Source: Octopus sinensis (Eukaryota). Taken from it: a stretch of 64,000 nt of DNA. Under the pieces are notes generated by a model that saw nothing but the letters and a program-made list of their open reading frames with translations, did no database searches and was not told the DNA's origin. Below, in pieces: positions 13,263 through 27,307 of the stretch; position 1 is the first letter of the stretch; every line of letters begins with the position of its first letter. Where the stretch lies: positions 53,258,001-53,322,000 of the forward strand of contig NC_043012.1 in assembly GCF_006345805.1 (NCBI RefSeq), in the 5' to 3' direction. The position numbers were made by a program, and so were the translations under genes.

Positions 13263-13952
13263 AAGTTGACGATGAGTCCCTGGTAACTTTCTAGACAAGT
13301 TTTATAATGGATATGGTGTGAGAAAATACAATGGTTTTTCATTGTCGTTCTTCGAATATACTTTACAAAGCAACATTATATCGGCTTCATGCAGACACTG
13401 TCACACTTTATCTAGGCACTCAGAAAACAAAAAGCTGAACAAATACCCTAAACTATTTTCTCCAACGCTGTCGAAATCCGTCAACTTACCATCTTGGACT
13501 GCTTTTTAATTTTATCGATCTATGAAACATAAAGTTAACCGCAGCGGAATTCGAATTTAGATGAAATAGATCCGGAAAAATATTGTTAGGCTTGTTGTCT
13601 GATACTCTAACGAATTCCTCAATCACGGAATTTCTGAAAAGGACGAGTTTTATCAGAGTAATCTGTCCCTCAACAATAGCAACAATAGCAATTCAACAGA
13701 TTGTATGACCATTCGTTAAACTTGTAAATTTGTATGGATCAACAGATGAACCACGGCACCGAACTTTTTTGTTGCTTTTATATCAAGGGCCAAGTTGTCT
13801 GATGTGTCGATCCGTTTATTGAAGATGGCAGACTATGATTTAAAGGAGATTTTGTTGCTATATGCAACAGGTCGAGATTCAGTGTAGAGGCTCTCTTGTA
13901 GCTTTCCATGATAGTAATATAACCATTAAGTAACTTACATTCCATAAATAAT

Positions 13953-14178
13953 TATTCCTTTACTACCCACAAGGGGCTAAACACAGAGGGGACAAACAAG
14001 GACAGACAAACGGATTAAGTCGATTACATCGACCCCAGTGCGTAACTGGTACTTAATTTATCGATCCCAAAAGGATGAAAGGTAAAGTCGACCCCGGCAG
14101 AATTCGAACTCAGAACGTAACAGCAGACGAAATAGCGCATTTCTCCCGGCGTGCTAACGATTCTGCCAGCTCGCCGCC
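13953..14178 (-). mobile_element. SINE-A, putative donor of the 3' flank copy
   Basis: Full length. Tail variant tattcctttactacccac is shared with 28786-29016. Confidence 0.9.
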
Positions 14179-15207
14179 ATAAATAATGTAAGCAAAAATA
14201 TATTCATCCGCATCAGTTATTTTGATGCCCTTGGGAAGGTCCTGCGGCCTTAAATAATTTCATTATACTCACCCTGTTATATGATTGTTTCAGTATTTTA
14301 TTTTTGTTATCAAAAGAAATTTTTAAGAATAACTGATTCAGAATGTGTCACATTCGTATTCTCCTTTTAAATGTTGAATTCTGCACATGCCTGGTGACCG
14401 AGACTCAATAGGTGCCTCTTAATGTTAGTCTATGTAAAATACTTTATTTACATCGAAAGATTCCGTGGTTTAGATCTTTACTTTGCAGCAACATGGTTTT
14501 GTATTCATTAAGAAAGCTCTACAGTTTGGGAATTTGATAGATTAAAACTATATAGAACGGTGTCTGAAAGACTGAATCCGTTCTTGGATGGTAGATTTGA
14601 TTTGTCACATTGCTTAGACACATCACGGAACTACATGATGAATTTTGAGTCCATTCTTTTGTAATTACTAGAACCGAGTTTTCAGACTAACGATAAGATT
14701 CTCTCACAAATCGCGGACACACTAAAAAGGAGCCGCGGTGCTAAATTTTCCCTTCTGACTGAAACAGTAAAATAGAAAAATAAGCTGAAAACGTCACAAA
14801 AATATCAGGCAGGCATTAGCCCCGACTTTTCTCAGTTAACTTTGTCAAACAATGAAAACAGCCAAAACAACAACACTATCCATAAAAGATTAGGAGAAAA
14901 TCTGACCTGCATTCTATTTTCAAAGTTCCTGTTATTGAAAACGAGAAGCCGCGCTCTGCTTGTATGATACAAGCGTGTCATAAAACAATTTTTGCTAAAC
15001 ATTTCATATTTTCATATCTTCATTATGGTGCATATTGAAGGTCCATTCAACCCGTTGTTTTATTTCACATGAACATAAAATCGGCACAGACTATCTTTTG
15101 GATCTTAATGCGCACTCAAAGAATGGATATCTCATGTAGATGAAATAAATCGTATCATCTAGTTATATATACATTACTCTCTCGTTACACACTAACATAT
15201 ATAAAAG

Positions 15208-15249
<42 letters not shown>

Positions 15250-15309
15250 TAAACATACACACAGGCACAATGCATATGAGTATTTTTGTTTATGTTTAGA
15301 TAAACACTA

Positions 15310-15724
15310 GGATCTTTTCGGTTTGCACGGCAGTTTTTTCTAGCGGTGTCATATGAAATTGTCACCCATAATTATGACCCTAGTATCGATCTATTGCATT
15401 TCAATCTGTTTTAGGGTTAGGGGTGGGGGGAAGGGTATCTTTTTTTCTTCAGAAATGTAAATAAACCCAATCTGTTTCTTAAACGAGGGACATATTCATA
15501 CGGCACAGAATGTTTTCACCTCAATAGACGGTCATTGATTGGTTGGAATTGCAGAAATTGAAGAAAAAAAACAACAAATATCTTACAAACTATAGAATTT
15601 TCTCAATAAAGCCAAGAGGAAAATATGTTTTATAAACACATTCTACCAGTCAGTATACGAAGTTTAAAATTTTTTAGTTACCTAGAAATTATGTTAAAAA
15701 CTGCCGTTCAAACCGAAAAGATCC
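15310..15724 (-). mobile_element. Same MITE, copy 2, TSD AAACACTA
   Basis: About 30-bp TIRs and a perfect 8-bp direct repeat at 15302-15309 and 15725-15732. Confidence 0.93.
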
Positions 15725-16445
15725 AAACACTATAAAATAGACTGACAGTTATCTATATTCATATTTAATGGTACATCATATTTACATACATACGTTTCAG
15801 TATTACATATACATATATGTGTGTATGTGCGTATATGTATATCGAGAGAGAGAGAGAGAGAGAGTGACAGTGAGAGAGAGAATGAGAGAGAAACGTAAGC
15901 ATATGTTTAGCTATAGATCGTATGTAAAAATTTATATTCTGAATAATAGTAATGCCAATCAGGTAATGCTTTATTGGAGAAATGTCACTTCAATGAAATT
16001 CGTATTCAGTAAACACATGGATAGATAAGACACCTCTTCTCTGTACCAGCACCTCAAGTAGTAATTGTCTTTAATAAGCTATTCTCCGCAATGTTTTCTG
16101 TTTAGCTGAAGAAATCTCAGAATAATTTCTATTTCACTTACGTTTCATTTAAAAACTAAATAAAACTGACACCTCTTTTGCGTAATAAGTTTTTGAATCG
16201 CTTACATGTAAGTACAAGCATGTGTCGGCGTCATTAAAGTCGAGCTAATAACCTTACCATTGTTCAATAAAAAGTAATAGTTTTTGTTATATTTTCTTTT
16301 CCTTTTTTTTTTTGACTACATAGTCAATACGGTGTTTATGAACGTTACTATTCATTTGGGATATAAAAAAAAAACTGAAAATATTTTAAAGAATTCGAAA
16401 TACATTATCATGCCATGCATGAAAATATATTCTCTTTCTTTCTTC

Positions 16446-16480
<35 letters not shown>

Positions 16481-16802
16481 TAATTATTTGCCAAATTATT
16501 TATTTATTTATTTATTTATTTGTATTTTTCTTATTTTAAATCTATTATATTTCTCTTTGAAATATTTTCCGTTGTAAAAGTATTTGCACCGAAGAGACAG
16601 CAAACAGATGGGCGGTCGGATAAAATTCCTCCGAATAATTGGTTCGGTTTTTCGACTAGATGGCTTCCAAATTTCAATAACCGTATAAGTAACTATTGTG
16701 TATTGACCGACTCATTACATGACTGGTATTTATTAAATGTATTCCCCAACTCGATAAATGTGTGGCTTGTACCAATGTACAAAACCAATCCAAAAAGGTG
16801 GA

Positions 16803-17400
16803 AGCTAGCAGAATCGTTAGCACGCCGGGCGAAATGCTTAGTGGTATTTCGTCTGCCGTTACGTTCTGAGTTCAAATTCCACCGAGGTCGACTTTGCCTT
16901 TCATCCTTTCGGGGTCGATAAATTAAGTACCTGTTACACACTGGGGTCGATGTAATCGACTTAATCCGTATGCCTGTTCTTGTTTGTCTTCTCTGTGTTT
17001 AGTCCCTTGTGGGTAGTAAAGAAATAGGTATTTCGTCTGCCGTTACGTTCTGAGTTCAAATTCCGCGAGGTCGACTTTGACTTTCATCCTTTCCGGGTCG
17101 ATAAATTAAGTACCAGTTGAGAACTGAGGTCGATGTAATACCCTCCCCAAAATTTCAGGCCTTGTGCCTATAGTAGAAAGGATTAGTTTTCCATTTTAAA
17201 AAGGCGGGGAGCTGGCAGAACCATTAGCACGCTGGCCGAAATGCTTACCGATATTTCGTCTGCCACTACATTTTGCGTTCAAATTTCGCCGAGGTCGACT
17301 TTACCATTTATCCTTTCGAGTGTCGATAAATTAAGTACCAGTTGTAACATAGGGATTGATTTAATCGACTATCACCCTCCCCCAAATTTCAAGATTATTT
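16803..17400 (+). mobile_element. SINE-A cluster: dimer 16803-17140 plus diverged copy 17205-17400
   Basis: Junction gaaata|ggtatttcgtc at 17026/17027. Confidence 0.88.
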
Positions 17401-18507
17401 TCCATTTTAAAATCCATGAAGGTTGCAAGTGCCATCGAGTGTACGATATTATCTTGATTCTAAGATCAAATTCTGGCAACGTTTTGTGCTAGGCTGATAA
17501 ACTAAGGACCGGTTAATACTATAGTAGTTTCCATCATTTCTGCTCCCTTCTTCGGTAAAAAATATGTTTTGGTACCGAATCAGAATTTATTAATATTATT
17601 ACTATCACGAAAACTACTAAAAGATAGATAGGTACCCTTAGAACGTCCGCGAAGATGTTATGCGTTATTTGTTCCGCCCTATTACTGATTTTAAATTAAT
17701 CGAAATCCGACTTTGTGATTCAACCTTTAAGGATTGATAAAATAAAGTACCAGTAGCTATCAAATGCTCGTGTTGATAATATTGACTGTTCCACTCCCAT
17801 CAAGAGATTGTGGCTTACACTTTTGTTTAAAAATAATTATTGTAATAGTTACATATACGTTTTATATAGCACACACGTTAAAACGTTCGTCGAACGACTC
17901 CCACTTTACCTTCTCCACTTCAAGTTCTAACTTAAAATATGATTGGCATTGCCATTTAAAAACACGGTTGACATTACCATTTATTCTCTCGGGAATCGAT
18001 AATATAAAAACCAGTCCTGTATTTAGATTGATTCTATCGACAATATCCTTATCCAAAATGTGCAACCTCTTCTTACATTGATATTTATTATTAGTGTATT
18101 TTATGTTGTTGGTTAAGGTTTTTTGTTTTTTTCTTTGTTCAATATATCACGGCGTTATATAAAACAGAGACCAATTTTCTTGTTTCTCCTCACCTTTTAT
18201 TTTATGGCAAACAAATTTTGAAGTCAGAAAGTATTAGAGTGATCTCGGTGTATCTACCACATAAAATCGCTGAAAGTGTAGTATTGAGACAATTGCTGTT
18301 ATCTTTACCTATAAATCTTTATAAAAGAAACGAAATAACTTTCAGAGCCCTATTTTTAAAAGTTCATAATCAACGAACATTTAATTCGTTTTGGGTGGCT
18401 TGGTTAAAAACAAACGGGATTTGTCAGTTTGATGAGTACTGACCTGGGACTAAAAAATCATCTGATATGCGAAAGATTAGCAACAATTTAATAGTAGTAT
18501 AAATAAA

Positions 18508-19240
18508 TAAATGCGCCCTATTAAGGCCTAGCCAGGTTCATGGGCCCGGTTTCCCCGGTTTCCGTGGCGTATGTGTTCCCCTACTGGATAGGACGCCAGT
18601 CCATCGCAGCGTTACTCATTTTTGCCAGCAACGTGAAATGAAGTGTTTTGCTCAAGAACACAACGCGTTGCCCGGGCCAGGAATGGAAACCACAATCTTA
18701 CGATCATGATACTGACACCCTAACCACTAAGCCACTTCACAAATGCGCCCATTTAAAGGCTAGCCAGGCTCATGGGCCCGGTTTCCCGGTTTCCGTGGTG
18801 TACGTGTTCCCCAGCTGGATAGGACGCCAGTCCATCGCAGCGTTACTCATTTTTGCCAGCTGAGTAGACTGAAGCAACGTGAAATGAAGTGTTTTGCTCA
18901 AGAACACAACGCGTCGCCTGGTCCAGGAATCGAAACCACAATCTTACGATCATGATACTGACACCCTAACCACTAAGCCACGCGCCTCCACAAATGCGCC
19001 CATTTAAAGGCTAGCCAGGCTCATGGGCCCGGTTTCCCGGTTTCCGTGGTGTACGTGTTCCCCAGCTGGATAGGACGCCAGTCCATTGCAGCGTTACTCA
19101 TTTGTGCCAGCTGAGCGAAGTGGAGCAACGTGAAATGAAGTGTTTTGCTCAAGAACACAACGCGTCGCCTGGTCCAGGAATCGAAACCACAATCTTATGA
19201 TCATGATGCTGACACCCTAACCACTAAGCCACGCGCCACC
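18508..19240 (-). mobile_element. SINE-D head-to-tail trimer, period about 251 bp. A diverged relative lies at 34385-34640 (+)
   Basis: tRNA-like head ggaggcgcgtggcttagtggttagg...gtttcgattcc. The 3' tail gaaaccgggaaaccgggcccatgagcc is shared with SINE-C. Confidence 0.88.
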
Positions 19241-20116
19241 ATAATAGCAGTATAGCAACAATGTAATATTAAGGACATTGCGATTTATTATTACAGTGGG
19301 ATAATGAAGACTAGAGCTATAAGCCTTAAAGTTTATACATTGGAGTATTTTCATGAGAAAAAGAACCGTGAGAAGTTGAACAACAGGCTATCGCTGCTAT
19401 TTTCTTCTAGGTCAAACCTAATATAATAGATCGATGGCTGAAAGATATTTCAGTCGTGACCATCCTGTTATATTAGACTACATGTTTCTGATGTTTGTAA
19501 TGCTTCTTGTATTTATGAAGACAATAGGACCACATCTGAGAGAGATTTACTTCTGCTTCTAGCCAATCAAACGCCTAGTATGATCCTCCTTCGTCGGATT
19601 ATAGATAAGAGTTAAGTCGGTATGTCCTTGAGCTGAAATCCCAATACTGAGATCTACCAACATTATCATTTCAAGATATTCCTTCTCTACTTACATAGTC
19701 AAAATCTAATGAAACAATAATGAACGACACAAGAAAAAAATATATAATTTTTCACCTTTAAAAATGTTACACCGATGAAGCTACGTCATATATGAATCAA
19801 TATCGATTTACAAGTTTGGTACCAAGTCACAAGTTTGGTGGGAAGAGCTAGTCAATCCAATCGACTGCAGTACTCGACTGGTGCTTTATTTTATCGCTCA
19901 CAGGAGGATGAAATGCAACGAAGGTGATGTAAGATATCTGGGTCTAAGTGAGCTGATAAAGCTATAACTAAGAAAAGAGAAACAACAGCGTGGAGAACGC
20001 TAATCAATAGGTGTCATTAGTCCTACTCAAAGACCAGCATCCTCTGCGAACCGAAAGAGTTTGAATAGATCACCTCGACCCTGATTCCATTTCCGAGAGT
20101 TTTTTACTGGTTCTAA

Positions 20117-20300
20117 GGTGGCGAGCCGGCAGTTCCATTAGCACACAAAGCAAAATGCTTAACGGCATTTCGTCTTTACGTTCTGAGTTCAAATTCTGCT
20201 GGAGTCAACTTTGCCTTTCATCCTTTCGGGATCGATAAATTAAGCAGTAGTTGGGCACTGGTGTCCATGGTATCGCCTTAACCCTTCACCCGAAATTTCT
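20117..20300 (+). mobile_element. SINE-A-like, diverged. Similar diverged copies at 23185-23372 (-) and 52935-53120 (-)
   Basis: Head, B-box and cctttcatcctttcggg core are recognisable. Confidence 0.7.
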
Positions 20301-20992
20301 GGATTCGTCCCAACTAGTCATAACCAGTTGTAACGCTGTATTGATTTTTTCAAAGTAAAGATGAGATGGAAAGTAACCAGGACTGTGAGGCTCCAGGTGA
20401 CAGTAGGAAGGTGAATAAAACGAAGAAAAGGAACTCAATCCAAATATGCAAAACCAAAATATGTAAAGTGGGGTTCGTCTTTATCCCACATCGAATTGAA
20501 GTTCACAGTTCATTGCCACAAAACCGAGAGCATAAGGCTGTTAAAAAGTCAACAAAGATGAAGAGAAAAGCATTGAAATTACTGAAGAGTATATGAACTC
20601 TGATTTTGTGTAACACTTGCTTGATTTATTGTTAGTAAAAACCACACGGCCCATCTATAAACCATTTACTACGCAATTTCGTTTAGGCTGTGACAGACTT
20701 CTTGCGCAATCGATACCGAAAATACTCATAGGTATTGTTAGTTAAGGAGGACAGGAAGCAGATGTCATTGGGTGCTCTGGCTCAACGGAACCACCTATGT
20801 GTGGGCAGTTTGCCTAAAACTGTTTACCGTGTGATTTTTAATTAAATTATATGTTGTGTTTTATATAATTATATCAATATTCTGCAATTTTATAAATATT
20901 AATAAATTCATTACATAACATTATTAACTGTTTTTTCTTAAAACACACACACATACATACATATATATATATATATAATATATATATACATA

Positions 20993-21039
<47 letters not shown>

Positions 21040-21068
21040 ATATACATATACATAGATATATATTATTG

Positions 21069-21139
<71 letters not shown>

Positions 21140-21140
21140 G
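21069..21140. repeat. (GATA)n. Also (TATG)n 36963-37021, (CT)n-rich 13143-13262 and (CTA)n 5863-5910
   Basis: Directly visible. Confidence 0.95.
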
Positions 21141-21732
21141 AGATATACAACGGGCTACCGAAAAGTTTCCCATTACCAATTTCATTCACAAACCATTGGT
21201 TGGTCCCATGCCCAAGATGTTGCCCAGCTTTTCAATTTTTTTGAGGTGGTAGGGTGTGATAAGAAAAGTTTTGATATCAATATGGAATGAGAAACATAAA
21301 ATATAAAGAATGTATATTAAAAAGATTATAACGACAACAGATTGAAAATTATTTTTAGCGTGTCCTGAATAATTTATTCAAATTATAGTATCAAACAAGT
21401 CTTTGACAATTAATTGTTCAACTGAACCATATTCTGTTCTATTTACTGGTTATCATCACCCGTAACTAACTTCGATGTTATTTATAGGTTCTGTTCTATT
21501 GCACCGGTTGTAAAAATGGAGATTATGCAGCCTTGCCAGATTATAAACCATATGTATTGTTAATGTATTTTCTCTGGATATATAATTTGATCTGTGTCCT
21601 TATTTTTACGTGTTGCTTATGTAAGGCAATCATTTAAGAAGTAACATACTTCACAGTTTTCCCTCAAAGTTTATGTTTTTGTATTTAGTCCTTGATTTTT
21701 ATATGCGTATATCATCAGTTTTTATATGTATG

Positions 21733-21768
<36 letters not shown>

Positions 21769-22418
21769 ATAATATATATATATATATCATATACATATAT
21801 ATTTTACATATTGTGTAAAGCAACAGAAAGAGTACAGTGAAAATGCATTGATGAGTGGAAGTTTCAACGTTTCCGACAGAGTTCTCCTTCAGGGTAAAGT
21901 TGATGTGAAGGAAATAAAAGAAAGTCGACCGAGAGTTGTATCATCTATGTCTGAGAAATTGGCTGCAACTGATGAGGAACACAAGACAACCTGAGCTCCA
22001 CAGGTGGACAGAGTTGTAAGGGAGAAAAAGAGGATGAGAGGCGGGGGTCAAGGGAAGAAAATTTAAAAGTGGGGTACAACAGCAGGCAAACGTGAACAGG
22101 GGGAAAAGAGTGTTGGTATCATTCTCTCTCTCTCTCTTTTTCACTCTTTCACTCTTTCACTCACTTTCCTTTCCTTACTTCCCCTTGTTTACATTCGAAG
22201 TTCATATTGTCATGCAATCCTCATCAGTTGCAAATGTAAGATTATTTTCCTTAATTTATTTGTGTCTTGTCAACCTTACCCTGAAGAAGGACCCTATCGA
22301 GAACGTCTGATATTCCTCTCCCCTCGACAACTTCGAATTAGTCTTTCCATTGCATTTTCCATATAATACAAGTCTTGCCGATGCAAGCCATCACAGGCCT
22401 CCTTTTATCCTTTTTATT

Positions 22419-22457
<39 letters not shown>

Positions 22458-22661
22458 TATATACATATTAGTGATTATGTACGTGTTTGTATTTGTGGGT
22501 GCTTGTGATGTAAAAATCTCTAGCTGAGAATTCATAATTTCAGTCCATTAAAATGTTATGTAGTACGATGTGGTGCCTTTGCAGATATACACATGTAGAC
22601 AGCATGCTAGCTCGCAGGCGTGTTAGCACTCACACCCGTAAGCGTACGTTTTCTATGGCCT

Positions 22662-22849
22662 TCAGATGAACTTATGATGTAAAACCCAGCAGGGTACTGT
22701 GGAAATAATCATATTATTTCTGAAATTTAAGATTGCGTGTTCAACAAACCTCTGTTTGGGAGGTTTTGTAAAAGTCAACTTTCCGACCGTTTGTCCTTTG
22801 GCGTTTTTCTTTGTGTGTCTCAGTTTTGCTTTCAGGTGCATAAACTTTC
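22662..22849 (-). CDS. ITIH: ITIH-like terminal exon ([10 protein letters not shown]...[13 protein letters not shown])
   Basis: tatcttttcag acceptor, phase 1. G-K-F corresponds to vertebrate GQF and CWVLH to CWFVH. Stop TGA at 22662-22664. Confidence 0.8.
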
Positions 22850-23937
22850 CTGAAAAGATACGTTAGAAGAAAGAATAGCTGTTAATAACAATTCACAATG
22901 TTAGAAAAGTTGTTTTCAATAATATGCATTACAAAGGATGGATTTTGTAGTCACAAAAGTTGATTTATATACAGAGCCTCAAAAGTTGTTTATAAAAGAG
23001 CTATGAGTACTGCCTTTACATTTAACTAAAGAAAAAGCCCTGTTTGTATGTGCGTGTGTGTATGTGTGTGTGTGTGTGTGTGGTGTGTGTGAGTGTGTAA
23101 GATCTAGGTAGGTTTGAAAATGATCTCATGAGATTTTAAAAATATTTATACATGTATATGAGATATTGTTTTCAAATTTTGGCAGAAGGCCAGCAATTTC
23201 GTGGGAGAAGGTAAGTCGGTTACATTGACCCCAACGTTCAACTGGTATATATTTTATCGAACTTCTGAAGGATGAAAGGACCCCGATGGCATATAAACAC
23301 AGAACGTAAAGACGGACGAAATGCCACTAAGAGTTTTGCTTGGCGCACTGACGATTCTGCCAGCCCACCGCCTTAAATATATATGAGATATCAAGAGAGA
23401 GAGAGAGGGGGATGAGAGGGGGAAAGATGAGGGAGCAAGGGAGAGGGAGATGAGGGAAGGAGGGAGAAACAGAGACATATATAGAGATTCAATATTGCAA
23501 ATTTTGTTGCCACATACCAATATAGCCGGTGACACTCTTTGAGAATCCTTTTCCAATGACCACGTGGAAGTTCAGATAATCAACTTTCGTTGGTCGTTTT
23601 CCAGCCAAAGAGCGTTTGATAAGAAACTGTTGGTACTGCGAGATTTTTATCATGAGACTGTGTCCTCTTCCGTTGATTTCGAGATTTGAGTTACTTGAAA
23701 GTATTCGTGTCTCGTTGGTCCACAAATACTTCTGTCCGTTAAAGAAAATGTATTGAGGTGTAACGATCACATTGGTGAAGCGTGATTGAATGAATATTGT
23801 TCCCATAAAGGTTTTCAGTTCACCAGTTTTGTAATGATCTTTGCTTGCTATCATTGCTGCTGTAACTTCAAGAGCTGTGCAAAAGAAAAAAAGAGAACAT
23901 ATATGTACATACATATATATATATATATATATAAATA

Positions 23938-23987
<50 letters not shown>

Positions 23988-23989
23988 CA

Positions 23990-24065
<76 letters not shown>

Positions 24066-24674
24066 ATATATATATATACATATATATATATATTATATAT
24101 ATATATATATATATTGGGTTGTCCGGAAAGTTCGTGCTTACATTCCGACATATTTTAGAACATGGTTGAGTCCATAAAATAGGATTTGACTACACATCCA
24201 TTTAGACTACAGTTTGAGCTGTCTTTTCGTGGAAGAAGGTTTATGTTCCTATAACCTGTGTTAAATCTGTAACTAACCCTTTAAAACGGAAGATATGAAA
24301 GTTCATTTACGGCACTTGATGATTTTCTTTTTTCCGTAAAGGGAAAAATGCCTCACAAGCAACCAAAGAAATATGCGCAGTTTAGGTGATGTTTCTTTAT
24401 CCGAAAGAACTGTACGGAAGTGGTGCACAAGGTTCCGAGCTGGAGATTTTAGCCTTATTGATAAAGAGCGATCAGGCAGCCCATCTACTACAGATGATGA
24501 CCAAATCAAGTCATTAATTGAGGATTACCCCCATTGCACAACCCGAGAATTGACAGAAAGTCTCAACGTATCAAAATCCGTTGTTCATAAGCACCTGGTA
24601 AACTTTGGGTAATGGCAAGTATTTATTGGTTTATTTCTTTCCTTTAAAAATCGGCACGAACTTTCCGGACAACC

Positions 24675-24752
<78 letters not shown>

Positions 24753-24817
24753 TCTATATATTCATATATATATACATATATATATATTCATATATATATA
24801 TACATATATATATATTC

Positions 24818-24865
<48 letters not shown>

Positions 24866-24991
24866 AAACAAGTCAAAAATAGAAAATGCTAAAATAGCAT
24901 TTTCTATTTTTGACTTGTTTTTTCATATATATCAACTCGTGTGTTCCTTTTCACCCTTATATATATATATATAACATATATATAATATATA

Positions 24992-25059
<68 letters not shown>

Positions 25060-25157
25060 ACATATATATATATATCTATATACATATATATATATATATA
25101 TATACATATATATATCTATATGTATATACATATATATGTATATATATATATATATAT

Positions 25158-25212
<55 letters not shown>

Positions 25213-26295
25213 TCTATATATATTCATATATATATAACATCTATATATATTCATATATATTAGGAATCAGTTTCTAAGACACCATTATGTATCATCATAT
25301 ACACCGGAATACCAAAGAAATTAATCATAGTATGCATTGGCTGAAAATATTTAGTATTTTCCACCAATAGCAATTACTTTTGTTGCGTCGGAGAAATGTT
25401 TCCCAAAACTAATAGTTGGTGTGCGAAAAAAATCTTACATTTTGGCATATATTTTTCCGGTGAGAAAAATTATTAATTATACATTATTTTAGGCAGATAA
25501 TCTTTCGTGCACACATTAACTTTTTATGCATTTGATATTTTGTCTTTCGTTCACGTGCTACAAAATGAGTGCGTGCATTCGTCCCACTTATAGGGAATAT
25601 TATTGGTGAGTATTGATGTTTAAGTAAAGAATTTTTTCCAATGTAAATATATAGATATTTAGGGTAGCACAGAATACACATTCGCAAGATATAGCCTCAT
25701 ATATATATTGCTAACATAGTGATAAGGAGGCCACATACTCATTTACAGTAAAGTAGTTGTTGATACATTTTATGTATCAGGTCATTCCTATTTGAAGAGT
25801 AGCTATGGGCCAACTATGCCTAACCAGTAAAATACTTCAACCACACACTATTACGGACCTTCCTCGAAGCTTATTTGTGATCCATAATGGAATATTGTTC
25901 CACCACTGGAGCGGCCCTGCTATATGTTATTACACAAGCAAATATCCTAAACTCCAACTCAAAGTAGAATCACACACTCACTTTATCATGAAGTAACCCA
26001 CAAGCAATGCTGTGTTTACAATCAGCTGCGCTCCCACCACCAGCACCAACGCCAGTCCTAACATACACAAAGTTCTCTATGCGTCTCTGTTAAGCATCGC
26101 CATTATTTTGATTTATATAATTGCAAAATGTCAAGAATATTCCTTACCTCGTGAGGGATCTGAAATTAAAGTCAGTTTTTCACCTTCGTTTGCAGGGACG
26201 TCAAAGCACACGGGATAAGTCAGGTTTTTCACGTACACGAGGAAGTGTGGATCACCAGATGCTACATAACAACAACAGTAATAATAATAATAATG

Positions 26296-26357
<62 letters not shown>

Positions 26358-27257
26358 AAAAAGGAGGAGGAGGAGGGGAGGAGGTGAAGAAGAAGAAGAA
26401 GAAAACAAACTATGCTGGATCACAGATATAGCATGCCCAGCTGACATGATATGCGATAAGGAAGAAAGAAAAGTCGAGAGAGATGACAGGTTAGCTTGGG
26501 AAGTTAAGCAGTTGTGGTGGATGAAAAAGGTAGCAGCATTACCAATAATTGTCGTAGCCCTGGGAACAGTGAGCAAAAATCTCGAGTAATAGGGGATACA
26601 ATAAGGGTGGAGCATTTGCAGAAAACTGCACTTGTTGGAACCGCTCGAATACTCTGGAAGGTGCTCGAAAAATAAGAGGTGTTACCTTAGTTCACTGGTA
26701 GTGAACAGCTGACACCGTAGTACATCTCCAGCGTTAGAAGCTGTTCATAGGCAACAACAACAATAATAATAATAATAATGGTCAAGACGAAGAGCGAGAT
26801 TCGATTGTAAGATATTTTATTAGTTGAACAATATTTCAACAGTAAGTCTGTCTTTGTCAAGTTCAGAATAAGAAGTGATAAAAATTCAAAATACAGAAAT
26901 TTAAACGTAAAGTATGAATGAGAGCAACTAGCGTCCACACGTTGATGGAATGACATCACCAGTTTTTAAGTTACAATTTTATAACAAGCGAATAGAAAAA
27001 GAAATAGACAGTTATAAAATTGTAACTTAAAAACTGATGATGTCATTCCATCAACGTGTGGACTCTTGTTGCTCTCGTTCATACTTTACGTTTAAATTTC
27101 TGTAATTTTGATGTTTTATCACTTCTTATTTTGAACTTGACAAAGACAAACTTACTGCTGAAATATCGTTCAACTAATAAAATATCTTACAATCGACTCG
27201 CGCTCTTCGTCTTGACTGTTTACCTTTGTGAAGAGTTACGTCAATCCTTTTTTTTAA

Positions 27258-27307
<50 letters not shown>

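Noticed and set aside
17862-18065. 67-aa minus-strand ORF with a donor-like gagaag|gtaaag
   Set aside because: No acceptor tract and no recognisable domain.
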